From: a virus
Lineage: Duplodnaviria > Caudoviricetes
Virus record (IMG/VR): IMGVR_UViG_3300032233_002657
Location: 117,490 to 181,489 of that record
DNA: 64,000 bases
Direction: 5' to 3' (one strand)
The notes beneath the pieces are model-generated. The model did no database searches. It was not told where the DNA came from and saw nothing but the letters and a program-made list of their open reading frames with translations. A program made the position numbers and the translations under genes. Within the stretch, counting starts at the first letter, position 1; every line of letters starts with the position of its first letter. This document shows positions 38,043 through 48,110 of this stretch, one piece after another.

Positions 38043-38693
38043 TTACCTTTTCCTTTCTTCATCCTTGATCGCTGTAATAATAGACAGCAGTGAAGGATGC
38101 CGTACAATCATACTTTCATCAAACCTTACATACCCTACGCAGTCTAGATTTTCAAGGCAATTAGTAAAACTCTGCAGAGAGTTTTTAAACTTAAGATCAC
38201 TCTGGTCAGGGTCCCCACATATGATGAGCTTACCCCCTTTACCTAACCTAGTGATAAATAGCTTAAGCTGTTCCCATGTGCAGTTCTGAGCTTCATCGAG
38301 AATGGCGACACAATCATCAAAGGTTCTACCCCGCATAACTGCCAAAGGAATAATCTCCATAGATTTCATTACTTCCTGAGGGTTAGTGGTGGTTATTCTT
38401 CTAAGTACGTCCTCAATAGGAGCTACCCAAGGGGCTAGCTTCTGATTGATGTCGCCAGGAAGAAAGCCTAGCTTTTCTCCGCACTCAACCATAGGTCTTG
38501 ATAGAATCATCCTACGGCATTTTCCGTTTAGATATGATGTTAGAGCTAACTTTACTGCTTGATGCGTTTTGCCTGTTCCTGCAGGCCCTAAAAGAAATAT
38601 TACGTCCTTCTTATTAAATATCTTCTCTGACTCTCGCTGTGCCTCATTTATGGGTAAAAGTACGGGGTTAAGGTCCTTAGGCAATTTAGCCAT
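38043..38693 (-). CDS. phoH: PhoH-family ATPase
   Basis: GPAGTGKT, LGFLPGD, MRGRTF, ILDEAQN, TRLG, GDPDQSD, IVRH. Confidence 0.92.
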   Translation of the reverse strand: MAKLPKDLNPVLLPINEAQRESEKIFNKKDVIFLLGPAGTGKTHQAVKLALTSYLNGKCRRMILSRPMVECGEKLGFLPGDINQKLAPWVAPIEDVLRRITTTNPQEVMKSMEIIPLAVMRGRTFDDCVAILDEAQNCTWEQLKLFITRLGKGGKLIICGDPDQSDLKFKNSLQSFTNCLENLDCVGYVRFDESMIVRHPSLLSIITAIKDEERKR

Positions 38694-38763
38694 TTTTACT
38701 CCGACCGGGTATTAACCCGGCTATGGGTTACACCGAACTACCAACATTGGAGACGTCTCCACT

Positions 38764-39477
38764 TTACTTCTTTCCCTTTAATTTAGTTAGAGGCCTTTTA
38801 TTTGTATTTTTTTTGCCTAGAGGCTTGGCCACAGGATTCTTAGGTGTAGACACTTTTTTGATAGTGCCCCCAGACCCTGGAAAAATAGGTGCAAGAAACG
38901 CTGGGTCTTTTAGTTTCTCTCTAAAAGCCGCTGGGTCTATGTATTTAACCCCAGCGCCACTACCGGTTTTAAGCTTGTGGAACATGTACTGATGAGTAGC
39001 TTCTTCGCAATTTCCTAAAGGGCACGTGTACACTTTATTTGCTGACGGTCCGCCTGAGTCACTGTTAATGGTGTCAACATACAGGAACCAATTCATCATA
39101 GCTCTGTATGCAAGAAAGCCCTTAATCTGTTCTTTATTAGGCATAGGTTGCGGCGCGCATGGTATGCCCATAACGCATGGCGTGCCCTTACCGCTTAGCG
39201 ACCAAGGGTTCTCTTTGCGATTAAGCCCACCTTGAGTAAGATAGTTATTTGCTTTAGTCTGGGTTAAAGGCTCATAAGGTCTTAGCTGTAGGGCCATTTC
39301 TCGAGCCACCTCGGCCTCGTTATTTGTCCAAGAGTAAATTTGTATCGAATCTTTGTATAAGTCTGGAAGCTTTATTGTATTTAGTCTTCCTGGGCCTGAG
39401 CCAGGCATAGGTACTGTAGTTCCAATAAACTGGTACATTCCACGATATGCCCAATAACCGTTTGTATATATAGACAT
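38764..39477 (-). CDS. Hypothetical protein with basic C-tail
   Basis: 237 aa, GGAGG RBS, ends ...NKRPLTKLKGKK. Confidence 0.6.
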   Translation of the reverse strand: MSIYTNGYWAYRGMYQFIGTTVPMPGSGPGRLNTIKLPDLYKDSIQIYSWTNNEAEVAREMALQLRPYEPLTQTKANNYLTQGGLNRKENPWSLSGKGTPCVMGIPCAPQPMPNKEQIKGFLAYRAMMNWFLYVDTINSDSGGPSANKVYTCPLGNCEEATHQYMFHKLKTGSGAGVKYIDPAAFREKLKDPAFLAPIFPGSGGTIKKVSTPKNPVAKPLGKKNTNKRPLTKLKGKK

Positions 39478-39501
39478 AGCTGCTTATCCTCCTTTGGGTT
39501 A

Positions 39502-40356
39502 TTACCTTTTCTTTAATGGTGTTATCTTTCTTCTTTTAAGATCAGCATCTTTTATGGCTTTAACCACGTCAGCCATTAGCTGGTCTGATTGAGCTTTATT
39601 AAGATTAGAAGCCTTAGATGCTGCCTGTACTGCTTTTATAAAAGCTGCTTTGCCTCTCTCGTTAGCTCGGGCGTTAGTACCAGGCTTGAAAGAAGCACTA
39701 GTTAAAAAAGGGATAGTTACTGTAGTTTTTGTTGTTTTGACTGCTGGGATAGCAGGAGCAACAGGTTTAGTAGGAGTAACGGGTATAGAGGGAACTAACA
39801 CAGTGTCGCCCGGGTAGCCTACTGGGTCGTCTATTTTTATAATTCCGTTATTGGCTGGGCTACTTTTAGTTCCTGTAGTGCTTGAAAACCCTCCTGTAAA
39901 TGTAGGGGTTGTGTATAAGTGCGCCCAAAAATCTACGTTGAGCCCGTCCTCTTTTAACTTAGCTTCTATGCGAGCACCTCTGCTAGATGTGACTAGAGTG
40001 GGTTGCCCAGGAACGCTAGGGTTAGATTTTATAGCCGGGGTAAAGGGAATGTTAATACTACTACCGGTATCTCTGGAGGGTGGGCTATTGTCCCATTTAC
40101 TAGTCGATGGCCCAGATACTGATATAAGTATGCTAGGGCTGAACATGGTTTCTTGTTGATTAATGCCGATGTCCAGAATACGGTAGGTCCCATCTACGGC
40201 CCTCCATAGTCCCATAGGCTGGCTCATTTCCTCAGAGAATAAATACTGCAAAGTAATGCTATCGCCTACTCTAAAGTCTATTCCGTTAGTGCCTCTGCCG
40301 TTCCAGTTTGGGTTGCGCTCTGTGGCTCTGTAACTAAAAGTTAATATGTGAAACAT
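39502..40356 (-). CDS. Hypothetical protein, paralog of 40368-41621
   Basis: Shares NG(I/L)xF(R/K)xGDxITL and TTVxIPFLTSASFKPG..GKAAFI with the neighbouring gene. Confidence 0.6.
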   Translation of the reverse strand: MFHILTFSYRATERNPNWNGRGTNGIDFRVGDSITLQYLFSEEMSQPMGLWRAVDGTYRILDIGINQQETMFSPSILISVSGPSTSKWDNSPPSRDTGSSINIPFTPAIKSNPSVPGQPTLVTSSRGARIEAKLKEDGLNVDFWAHLYTTPTFTGGFSSTTGTKSSPANNGIIKIDDPVGYPGDTVLVPSIPVTPTKPVAPAIPAVKTTKTTVTIPFLTSASFKPGTNARANERGKAAFIKAVQAASKASNLNKAQSDQLMADVVKAIKDADLKRRKITPLKKR

Positions 40357-40367
40357 TATTGCCTCCT

Positions 40368-41621
40368 TTAGACTTTTTTAATTGGCTTTTTAACTACTAT
40401 AGTGGGTGCTTTAAGTGCAGTTAAGCTACTCTTCTTCACAAGCATGGCCTTGTCTATAGCTTCATAGACTGTAGCGAGTAGTTGAGCATCCTGCTCTTTA
40501 GTAAGCTTAGAAGCAACCGAAGCTTTTTTTACTAAAGTTATGAAAGCGGCTTTACCCTTTGCGTTAGCCGCTGCACTAATTCCTGGCTTGAACGAAGCAC
40601 TAGTTAAAAAGGGTATGGATACCGTGGTGCCGGATACTTTAACGGTTGGTGTGGGCTTAGTAGGAGTAGTAGCGGCAGGAGGAGCAACAGCTACAGGCTT
40701 AGTTGGAGTAGTTTGCACTGGTTCGATGTATGGGTCTGTAATTGGAAATATGCCTACGATTGGGTTTAGATCTACAGTTGGGTTGTCTGGAGGGGTAGGA
40801 ACTACAACCAGGTCAGGAATACTAGCCTCTGGAGGAAGCAAAGTTACAGAGTAATCAAGACGTGCAACTCCAGTCCATGTGCCATATGGAAGACCTGATT
40901 GCACTATTTGTACGCCATTTTTTGAACTAAGTGATTGCCCTGCTGAAAAAGGTAAGTTTAGTGAGCGCGTAGAAGTAGTGCCCCCTGTGCTCCACTGAAT
41001 AGACCCATAAAAAACTTCTACATAAAGTCCAAGCTCTGTAGTAATTCCTCTTATTATGTAACTCCCATTAATTTGTCTCCAGTCTCTAATTGTCGGGCTG
41101 ATTGTAAAATTGTTGAGCGTAATTACATCCCCCGTTTTAAATTTTAATCCGTTAGACCCGGTGATAGTTGGGGTGGTGTATTGTACATTAACCGATGGTC
41201 GGTTATACAGGAGTATGACTTTTTTAGTGTTGCTTGAGTATGGTGGAGGCGGAGCCGGAATAGCCGGGTCGTCCCCATAAGACTGTAAAGATTTAATTAC
41301 GTCTTCTAAAATACCAGCCCTCACAAGAGAACCGTTCATCATTTCATTAGGCAGGGTAAAAACTGGAAGGGTGTTAAAGGTAGTTATGGTTCCCACGGTT
41401 GTGCAGCCGTCAAAAGTACAATTGTATATTTGACTTAAAATACTGGCTAAAACTCCTGCCTGCTCTACTCTGCTTTTGTATTCCCATTTTTTAATAGAGT
41501 AGAGTAATGAGCTTTTTTGAATTGTGATGAAGTCTTTATACTGAGCTGAAAGGCTAGCTTTTTCGGCGCTAGTAAAATCTGTTATAAACCCAGGCGGTAT
41601 AGCATATGCCATTTGAATCAC
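40368..41621 (-). CDS. Hypothetical protein, paralog of 39502-40356
   Basis: 417 aa; Thr/Pro linker, shared C-terminal domain, basic tail. Confidence 0.6.
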   Translation of the reverse strand: MIQMAYAIPPGFITDFTSAEKASLSAQYKDFITIQKSSLLYSIKKWEYKSRVEQAGVLASILSQIYNCTFDGCTTVGTITTFNTLPVFTLPNEMMNGSLVRAGILEDVIKSLQSYGDDPAIPAPPPPYSSNTKKVILLYNRPSVNVQYTTPTITGSNGLKFKTGDVITLNNFTISPTIRDWRQINGSYIIRGITTELGLYVEVFYGSIQWSTGGTTSTRSLNLPFSAGQSLSSKNGVQIVQSGLPYGTWTGVARLDYSVTLLPPEASIPDLVVVPTPPDNPTVDLNPIVGIFPITDPYIEPVQTTPTKPVAVAPPAATTPTKPTPTVKVSGTTVSIPFLTSASFKPGISAAANAKGKAAFITLVKKASVASKLTKEQDAQLLATVYEAIDKAMLVKKSSLTALKAPTIVVKKPIKKV

Positions 41622-41634
41622 CTCCTATTAATTA

Positions 41635-42540
41635 TTACGATCTTATAATACAGCCATAACCGCAATAAACTTGCCTAGTTACAGGTTTTGGAGCAGCCGG
41701 CGCCCCTTTCACAGGAGCAACAGGTGTTCTAGCTGCGGCCGCAGCTGCATTACTGGCAGCAACAGCGTTAGCTATAGCAATTCCGGCGTCCTCAGGTTCA
41801 GGACCAGAAGACGCGGATGAAACTCTTGTTGGTCTTCTAGTAGCCTTAGAAGAAGGCCTAGCTGCAGGCGGCTTAGGAGCAGTTGGTGTAACCTTTTCTT
41901 TGACTGGCGTATTGGGCTTAGGGGCAGGGGGAGGAGGCGGATAAACAGCAGCGGCTCCAGCCTGGCGTGCCGCCTCAATACCTTTGGCTGACCGGTCTTT
42001 AAGATACACTGGAACAAAAGCACGCCTGTAGGCAACGCACAAAGCAGATCTAGAAAACTCTGGCTGATTGCTGTTTCCTTCGCAAGCGATTAAATCTGGG
42101 GAGCCACCAGCGCTTGAACCAGCGTCTTGAACTATCGATGTTACGTTATTCTTAGCCGCCTGTGCTGCTGCGATACTATTTCTTTTAGCCTGCTCAGCTA
42201 TACTTCTAGCGGTGTTGGCTTCTCTATTTAATTTGTTCTGCCAAGCAGTTGCGTTAGCTCTTACTCCCTCCTGTATTTGATTTTGAATAGCTTGGTATTG
42301 CTGAAGGCATTGTTGATTAGCTGGAGAATTAAACCCTGGAGGCAGCATGGTGCCGTAGCCATTACCGTAGTTTTTACCTGCAGTGTAATTTGATGGGGCT
42401 TGCCCAGCGCCTAGTGGTGTATATAGCTCTTGAATGCACTTAGGCGCTTGAGCTTGAAGATGCGTGGGCCCGCTATAGTGAAAAGGATCACTCGGTGTAC
42501 AAGTTCGAATATCTCTATTTGGATCTCCACATGCTCCCAT
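41635..42540 (-). CDS. Ala/Pro-rich hypothetical protein
   Basis: 301 aa, GGAG RBS, scattered Cys pairs, ends YCGYGCIIRS. Confidence 0.55.
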   Translation of the reverse strand: MGACGDPNRDIRTCTPSDPFHYSGPTHLQAQAPKCIQELYTPLGAGQAPSNYTAGKNYGNGYGTMLPPGFNSPANQQCLQQYQAIQNQIQEGVRANATAWQNKLNREANTARSIAEQAKRNSIAAAQAAKNNVTSIVQDAGSSAGGSPDLIACEGNSNQPEFSRSALCVAYRRAFVPVYLKDRSAKGIEAARQAGAAAVYPPPPPAPKPNTPVKEKVTPTAPKPPAARPSSKATRRPTRVSSASSGPEPEDAGIAIANAVAASNAAAAAARTPVAPVKGAPAAPKPVTRQVYCGYGCIIRS

Positions 42541-42550
42541 AGTATTCTCC

Positions 42551-43684
42551 TTATTTTTTAAGTTTAGTTATTGGTCTCTTTGATCCAGACTTACTACCTT
42601 TAGTCTTTTTAGGCTGATTTTTTTTAGGTTGAACTTTCGCGACTATCGAGGCTAAAACAGCCCCATTAGCGATAGCTTCCCGTACAGCAGCCACAGCGCT
42701 AGCTTCCCGGGCAGCAACAGTCTCTAAGGTAAGGGTAATAGGGTCACGTACATCGATCGGTTTAGCATAGGTCGGTTTGGGTATTGCGGGCGGTGGAGGG
42801 GGTGCAGGTGCGTTGCCGAACGCAGCAATTTGTTGTGCAAATTCAGCGGCAGAAGCAGCAGCTGGATTCTTCGCAGCAGTCATAGCTCTGCTGATTTCGT
42901 CCAGTCTTGCGGTCTCACGATCGCGGGCCTGTTGGGCTAACCTGGCCTCCTCAGCCACCTGAAGTGGGGTTTTTACAGGTGCAGCTTTTACGGTTACGGC
43001 GGCTGGGTCCGGCCCTATCCAAGCGATAGCTTCATTCCTAGCGTATGTAGAATTATTTATTGAGGTTCTTAGTAGATAGTCGGTGTACGCCTGAACGCGG
43101 GCGCTCCACGACCCCGTTTGCGGATCCCTGGCTTGTTGCATTTGAATAGTTGGCTGAGGTTTTACAGGTGCAGCTTTTACGGTTACGGCGGCTGGGTCCG
43201 GCCCTATCCAAGCGATAGCTTCATTCCTAGCGTATGTAGGATTACTTGTTGAGGTTCTTTGTAGATAGTTGGTGTACGCCTGAACGCGGGCGCTCCACGA
43301 CCCCGTTCGCGGATCCCTGGCTTGTTGCATTTGAATAATTGGCGGGGGTGTGCCGGGCTTTTGGGGGCTTGTGGGAACACTATTGGGATTATAGGCCCCG
43401 ACCCCGGCCGACAGCTGCGCATATCTTTGCGCTTCTTCTCTGTCCTTTTGAGCCTTAGCAGATAGAGCATAATGCGGTCCCGCGCCAGGGTTTCCTTGGT
43501 ATATCTCTTGGGCAGCCTGAATGCTTACAAGCCTAAGATACTCAGATGTATTTGTTTGAGCGGCATCACTTAGCTGCTGTCCGGTTATTCGAGGGCTGCC
43601 AGGCCCTCCATATGAGGTACCTGCGCGTATAGCACGTGCAAAATTATATTGGGCTATAAATGCTGCTGTTCCCGGTTCTGCCAT
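42551..43684 (-). CDS. Ala/Pro-rich protein with internal 63-aa duplication
   Basis: 377 aa; IQMQQARDP..WSARVQAYT..YARNEAIAWIGPDPAAVTVKAAPVK occurs twice; basic tail. Confidence 0.6.
   Translation of the reverse strand: MAEPGTAAFIAQYNFARAIRAGTSYGGPGSPRITGQQLSDAAQTNTSEYLRLVSIQAAQEIYQGNPGAGPHYALSAKAQKDREEAQRYAQLSAGVGAYNPNSVPTSPQKPGTPPPIIQMQQARDPRTGSWSARVQAYTNYLQRTSTSNPTYARNEAIAWIGPDPAAVTVKAAPVKPQPTIQMQQARDPQTGSWSARVQAYTDYLLRTSINNSTYARNEAIAWIGPDPAAVTVKAAPVKTPLQVAEEARLAQQARDRETARLDEISRAMTAAKNPAAASAAEFAQQIAAFGNAPAPPPPPAIPKPTYAKPIDVRDPITLTLETVAAREASAVAAVREAIANGAVLASIVAKVQPKKNQPKKTKGSKSGSKRPITKLKK
42971..43337. repeat. Near-identical direct repeat, 178 bp x2, 189-bp period
   Basis: 42971-43148 and 43160-43337 differ by only a few substitutions. 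Confidence 0.9.
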
Positions 43685-43686
43685 GA

Positions 43687-44421
43687 TTACCTCCCGGCTT
43701 TTAGCCTGGCTAGTTTTCTACGTTGTGAAGCTAATGTTGGGCCTTTTTTAATTGGGGCTAGCGGTTTTTTATTAGTGTTCTTAACTATAATTGCTGGAAT
43801 GGACTTTTTAGCTGGGGTAGCAGGAACTGAAGCAATAGCTGGCTTATAGGCCAGCACAGGAGCTGTCACTACGCTGTTAGTAGGGTTTCCAGGTGCTCCG
43901 TAGTTAGGTTCTGGCTTAAACCCTAAATTAGTAATCTTTGCCTCTAGCCCAGCTACGCCCGCAGCCTTGTTATATCCTTCTTGTTTTATAGAAGCCCTAA
44001 CTGGCATTAATTGCTTTAAAGCGTTGTCTATGTATAAACGAACATTACTTGAAGGGGGTAAGAAGTTTGCGCCGTCCTCGCCTATGCTAAACGTAGGATC
44101 AATCTCTTTTTTAGTTATAGGGTCTATCTTATAAATGTCATAAGAAAGTATATCCAGATTTACTGGTATATTAGCCATTAAAAGTTTATAAATCCTGTCT
44201 AACCTATCAAGAGCAACAACTACTCGCCTAAGCGTATTGCGCGCAGTTGCTAACTGCCTATTTAAATCTGCAGCCTGATTAATAACTGTAGGTGAAGACC
44301 TATTAAGATCTTGCCTAACACTAAGGTTGTAAAGCGCCTGTGAAGCCGTATCAACGGTATCTTGGTCAAATCTTCCATATGGATTCTCTACGATAGCTCG
44401 TAGCCTCATTGCTTCATCCAT
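43687..44421 (-). CDS. Hypothetical coiled-coil protein with basic C-tail
   Basis: 244 aa, AGGAG RBS. Confidence 0.55.
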   Translation of the reverse strand: MDEAMRLRAIVENPYGRFDQDTVDTASQALYNLSVRQDLNRSSPTVINQAADLNRQLATARNTLRRVVVALDRLDRIYKLLMANIPVNLDILSYDIYKIDPITKKEIDPTFSIGEDGANFLPPSSNVRLYIDNALKQLMPVRASIKQEGYNKAAGVAGLEAKITNLGFKPEPNYGAPGNPTNSVVTAPVLAYKPAIASVPATPAKKSIPAIIVKNTNKKPLAPIKKGPTLASQRRKLARLKAGR

Positions 44422-45007
44422 TCTTATCTCCTACTTTTGTTGGTTTATCTTCAAAGAGAATCATCGAGATAGCTTCTACGAAAGACTCTGTTACAGGCCT
44501 CTCGTTCTTCCATATTGCTAAACCAAATCTTCTGTAAGGTCTTCCGGTCTTATCCTTATCGTGCCATCGGTCTTCAAAGTCCTGCCAAGGTATGTAGCCT
44601 CTAGCGTCATCAAGAGCTGGGTCTTCGAAGTAAACGTTCTTAGAGTCGTAGTCTATTGCTATAACGTAGTGGCCGCTATCTCCGGCTAACTCAGCAGGAG
44701 TAGAGGCCCAAGCCTGAACGGCGATGATTACTGGATGGCCTTCTTCCAAATAATACTTAAGCTCTTGATTAGTCATGCGCTCATGCCATACGGTGCTATA
44801 GCCTCTTGCCTTAGCTGCTTTGCTAAGCTCCATAGGGCTAGTACCGTCGATAGGGTCTGATTTTAATTCAGCGGCAAGAACAGCTTCATCAATAAACTCT
44901 CCCCAATAGCCCAGGATGGCACTAAGGGCAGCAGGCCCACAGGTGTAGCACGATTTCTGACGAGCGTCAGGGAGTGGTATTCTGTTTCCTCGCAGGGTCC
45001 TAGTCAT
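44414..45007 (-). CDS. C39-like cysteine peptidase (stand-alone)
   Basis: RQKSCYTCGPAAL (Q..C), SGHYVIAIDYD (H), YFEDP (D), F..RW. Confidence 0.85.
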   Translation of the reverse strand: MTRTLRGNRIPLPDARQKSCYTCGPAALSAILGYWGEFIDEAVLAAELKSDPIDGTSPMELSKAAKARGYSTVWHERMTNQELKYYLEEGHPVIIAVQAWASTPAELAGDSGHYVIAIDYDSKNVYFEDPALDDARGYIPWQDFEDRWHDKDKTGRPYRRFGLAIWKNERPVTESFVEAISMILFEDKPTKVGDKNG

Positions 45008-45122
45008 AGGTGCTCCTTGCGTTAGGCGTTTAAGTTTAAAGGGTCAGTAGGTCTACTATCTATCATATCCCAACTAACGCACGCAAGGAACTGTTAAAGA
45101 GGCATTTGATGTAAGTTGCTTA

Positions 45123-45368
45123 CTAGTCAGAGCTTATGAGCATATCCCAGAAGGGCTTATTGGCAGGAGTGGAAGGCTTTCCTCTTCCTAAAGAAGCGTT
45201 CTCTTGGCTTCGGATATCTGAGTTGCGCCAAGTCCAGCACTCACCTGTGTCGTCTTGGAATACTACCCACATTAAGTCGTGGTCTTGACTGTAGTCGATA
45301 ACTACGTGCGCCATTCCTTTTCCCTTTATAGTTATCACTGGAATAGGGGGATTAAGTTGTAAAAGCAT
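45123..45368 (-). CDS. Small phage hypothetical protein
   Basis: 81 aa, AAGGAG RBS; LQLNPPIP...IDYSQDHDLMWVVF..TGECWTW. Confidence 0.65.
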   Translation of the reverse strand: MLLQLNPPIPVITIKGKGMAHVVIDYSQDHDLMWVVFQDDTGECWTWRNSDIRSQENASLGRGKPSTPANKPFWDMLISSD

Positions 45369-45396
45369 GGCAACTCCTTTGGAGACGTCTCCACTA

Positions 45397-46842
45397 TTAC
45401 CTAGGTTGCTGTGACGCTAAGCCTTGCTGGAAGTTTCGATCTAACACACTTTTAGTTCCTTTATTCTTATTACGGCCGCCCATGAGGCTGTTAATACCGT
45501 AAAGGCCTAAGCCACCTAAAGCGGCTACACCTAAGTACTTGGCCCATGGGTTAGCGTTCATCCAATTAGCTACTGGAAGAGAGTATCCAGCTGCAACTCG
45601 TCTGCCTTCGCTGTTAGCTGTGTAGTCGTTAAACTTTGACGATATGGCTCTAGTAACTGGTTTAAGCATATTAAGCCCAAAGGTACCTGTAAACGCCTCT
45701 CCAAGTCCGGAGGCTGTGCTCTTAGCATTGGCTAAAAACTTAACTCTGTCGTACTTTGCTTTTGTCTCTCCGGCGTACCTCTTAGTGTAATCCCACGGTG
45801 TTTCGTCTTTATGCTTCGGTAGGCTCGGCTCGCCTGCAACATATTTATTTAAACTATCCGTAGTCTTGTTTTTAAAAGCATCCCACTTATTACCAACGTC
45901 CGACCAGTTAGTTCTATTAGCATCGTTATTAAGCGTCTGCAGGCTGTCTTGGTTTCCCATAGCGGCGCTAAAAGCAGTTCCAACAGTGCCGGCAGCAGCT
46001 GATGTAGCTTGTGCTGTTTGCTTAGTTTTGTCTGCTGGAGTGAACCAGCTACCTGAGTCTGCTGGCTTAGCTGCTGGCTGAATAGGAGCAGCCGGAGGAG
46101 GAGGCGCTGAAGAAGCACTGGGAGTAGGATTTTTATTCACTGCCGTAGCTGGAGCCGGTGGAGCAGAAGAAGTGCTAGGTGTAGGATTTTTATTTACCGT
46201 AGCAGCTGGCGTAAACGTAGCACCTGGCTGAACCTTATCTTGCTGTATGACCCCTTGAGAAGTGCCGGACGCACCATTTCCTCCGGCTGCTTCAGTAACC
46301 TGTTTGCCTTGATTTTTTAGATTATTCACTTTTTGCTTAAGTTTACCAAAAAACCTTTGGTATTCTTCTCCTGCTGTCTTAATCCCTCTGCTATTGATGT
46401 CTTCCCCAAATACGCTTTTAGTAGCTCTCATCAGAGCGTTCCTAGCCGCGCCTTTTGGAGACACGAACTTATTTCCCCCTCTATGGCCCATTCTTGCTGG
46501 CATAGGCTTAGCTTTTTGCATTCCTTCAGAAGGGTCTGGGTCTACTGCGGACTCTTCTATATCGCCTGAGCCTCTGCCTGGGCTGGTGATTACGGAGGAT
46601 AGTTTTGAAAGAAGGGATTTAGCTGCTGCCTCTTTAATAGGAGAAGGAGCTGCCCACAAAGCACACAGGGCTTTAACGTCATTAAGACCGCTAGCCTTCT
46701 TCTCTGTTTGATCTTCTACATGTTCTGGAAGTTTCTTCTTCCCTGTTGCAGTAGACCACTCATCGCAATCCCATGAGCCTGCCTGGCCTTTGCCTTTAAG
46801 AAGGTAGCATAACTTACGCTGGGAATCTGATTTAAAGGGCAT
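45397..46842 (-). CDS. Multi-module virion-like protein (MPFKS N-terminal motif, C-terminal TM)
   Basis: MPFKSDSQRK start; modules delimited by EKKAS, IKEAA, IKTAG; duplicated VNKNPTPS(T/A)SSAPP; C-terminal hydrophobic helix. Confidence 0.55.
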   Translation of the reverse strand: MPFKSDSQRKLCYLLKGKGQAGSWDCDEWSTATGKKKLPEHVEDQTEKKASGLNDVKALCALWAAPSPIKEAAAKSLLSKLSSVITSPGRGSGDIEESAVDPDPSEGMQKAKPMPARMGHRGGNKFVSPKGAARNALMRATKSVFGEDINSRGIKTAGEEYQRFFGKLKQKVNNLKNQGKQVTEAAGGNGASGTSQGVIQQDKVQPGATFTPAATVNKNPTPSTSSAPPAPATAVNKNPTPSASSAPPPPAAPIQPAAKPADSGSWFTPADKTKQTAQATSAAAGTVGTAFSAAMGNQDSLQTLNNDANRTNWSDVGNKWDAFKNKTTDSLNKYVAGEPSLPKHKDETPWDYTKRYAGETKAKYDRVKFLANAKSTASGLGEAFTGTFGLNMLKPVTRAISSKFNDYTANSEGRRVAAGYSLPVANWMNANPWAKYLGVAALGGLGLYGINSLMGGRNKNKGTKSVLDRNFQQGLASQQPR

Positions 46843-46918
46843 GCCTAAGCTCCTAGTTTGAACGTATAGTATTATAGTTTAACAGGAGCCGTTAACAGAA
46901 GCTATATATTCGTGCAAG

Positions 46919-48091
46919 CTAGTCTATAAGCTCTCTTATGTACTTACACATATCAGCTCTGTACAGCTCTAAGTCTGAGAACTCCGTGTAGGCCATGTCT
47001 TGATACCATTTTAGGACTTCTTCGCTACTTGCGTAGTACAAATTATCTACGTTTGATAAATTTGTGTTTCCTAGTGGAGCTGCAAAACTAGAAGGGCTAC
47101 ACACGCAAGGTATGCCTAAGTTAATAAGCTCAAACACACTTGTGCTGTTGTCTATTACCGTGCAATAACACTCATCCTGTATGGTGCTGAGAGGTCGCTT
47201 ATTATCCATTATAGCTATACCGTACTCGGCGCATATATCCGCGTTCTTCTCGGTGCTAAATGGATGAGGCTTAAAAGCGACGGCTCTATCCGAAGTTTCT
47301 CGAATAGCGTGATATGATTCGCTTATATATTCCCTTACTGACCTATAGGTATGCGTCGGGTCACCTTCTAAGCCTCCGATAATCAAAATATAGCCGTCTT
47401 GGTTGTTACGCCATTTGTGGTTATACACATTAGTTATGGGGTAATAACCTTTTTCTTTAGCTATGGTAGCTATAAACCTATCTAACTTAATAGGCCTGCT
47501 TTCGGGAGTAAGATCAGGGTTGCACCACTTAGCCTTATCGTAACACCAGTGACCTAGCCCCAAGCGGCTATACAAAGGAAGATGGTCTAGGTAATTCTTT
47601 GACACTTTTGAGAAGTTAGCTCTAAGCCTACTAAGAGTGCCAGACTCTAACACTATTAACTTTTTACCGTGGGCGGAAGCGAACCCTGCAGCCATAGAAT
47701 TAATGTAATTCTTTATAGTAAGCATTATGTTTTTATTAAAGATGGTCGCTGGGTCATAAACTCTATAAGGTGCAGTAGACCCAAAGGTAGACTGAATGCA
47801 GTAGACGTCGGCTTGGCTCATCTTGGCCATATCTTCAAATGTTAAAAAAGTGTGCCGGTTAAGCTGATCCTTTAAAGCCTTAGCCTCATGAAGCCCTGGA
47901 GCCAGCTCTATCTGCTTGTAGGCCGCTGCAGGAGTGCAATAAGCATTGGCGCATACATGCACGGCCTCTAGGGCATAAGTTCCTCCGTTAACTAATATGT
48001 TTCTGTAGAGCTTTTTAAAACCTTGCACATCTCCTGCAAACGTGGTAAGCCCACCTATAAACGCTATCTTTTTCTTAATCCCCATAGTCAT
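46919..48091 (-). CDS. Capsule-biosynthesis-like (GT-B) protein
   Basis: IVLESG, VAFKPHP and NSTSVFELINLGIP resemble KpsS/KpsC-type GT-B proteins. Confidence 0.5.
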   Translation of the reverse strand: MTMGIKKKIAFIGGLTTFAGDVQGFKKLYRNILVNGGTYALEAVHVCANAYCTPAAAYKQIELAPGLHEAKALKDQLNRHTFLTFEDMAKMSQADVYCIQSTFGSTAPYRVYDPATIFNKNIMLTIKNYINSMAAGFASAHGKKLIVLESGTLSRLRANFSKVSKNYLDHLPLYSRLGLGHWCYDKAKWCNPDLTPESRPIKLDRFIATIAKEKGYYPITNVYNHKWRNNQDGYILIIGGLEGDPTHTYRSVREYISESYHAIRETSDRAVAFKPHPFSTEKNADICAEYGIAIMDNKRPLSTIQDECYCTVIDNSTSVFELINLGIPCVCSPSSFAAPLGNTNLSNVDNLYYASSEEVLKWYQDMAYTEFSDLELYRADMCKYIRELID

Positions 48092-48110
48092 ATATCTTTC
48101 AAGTTAAAGA

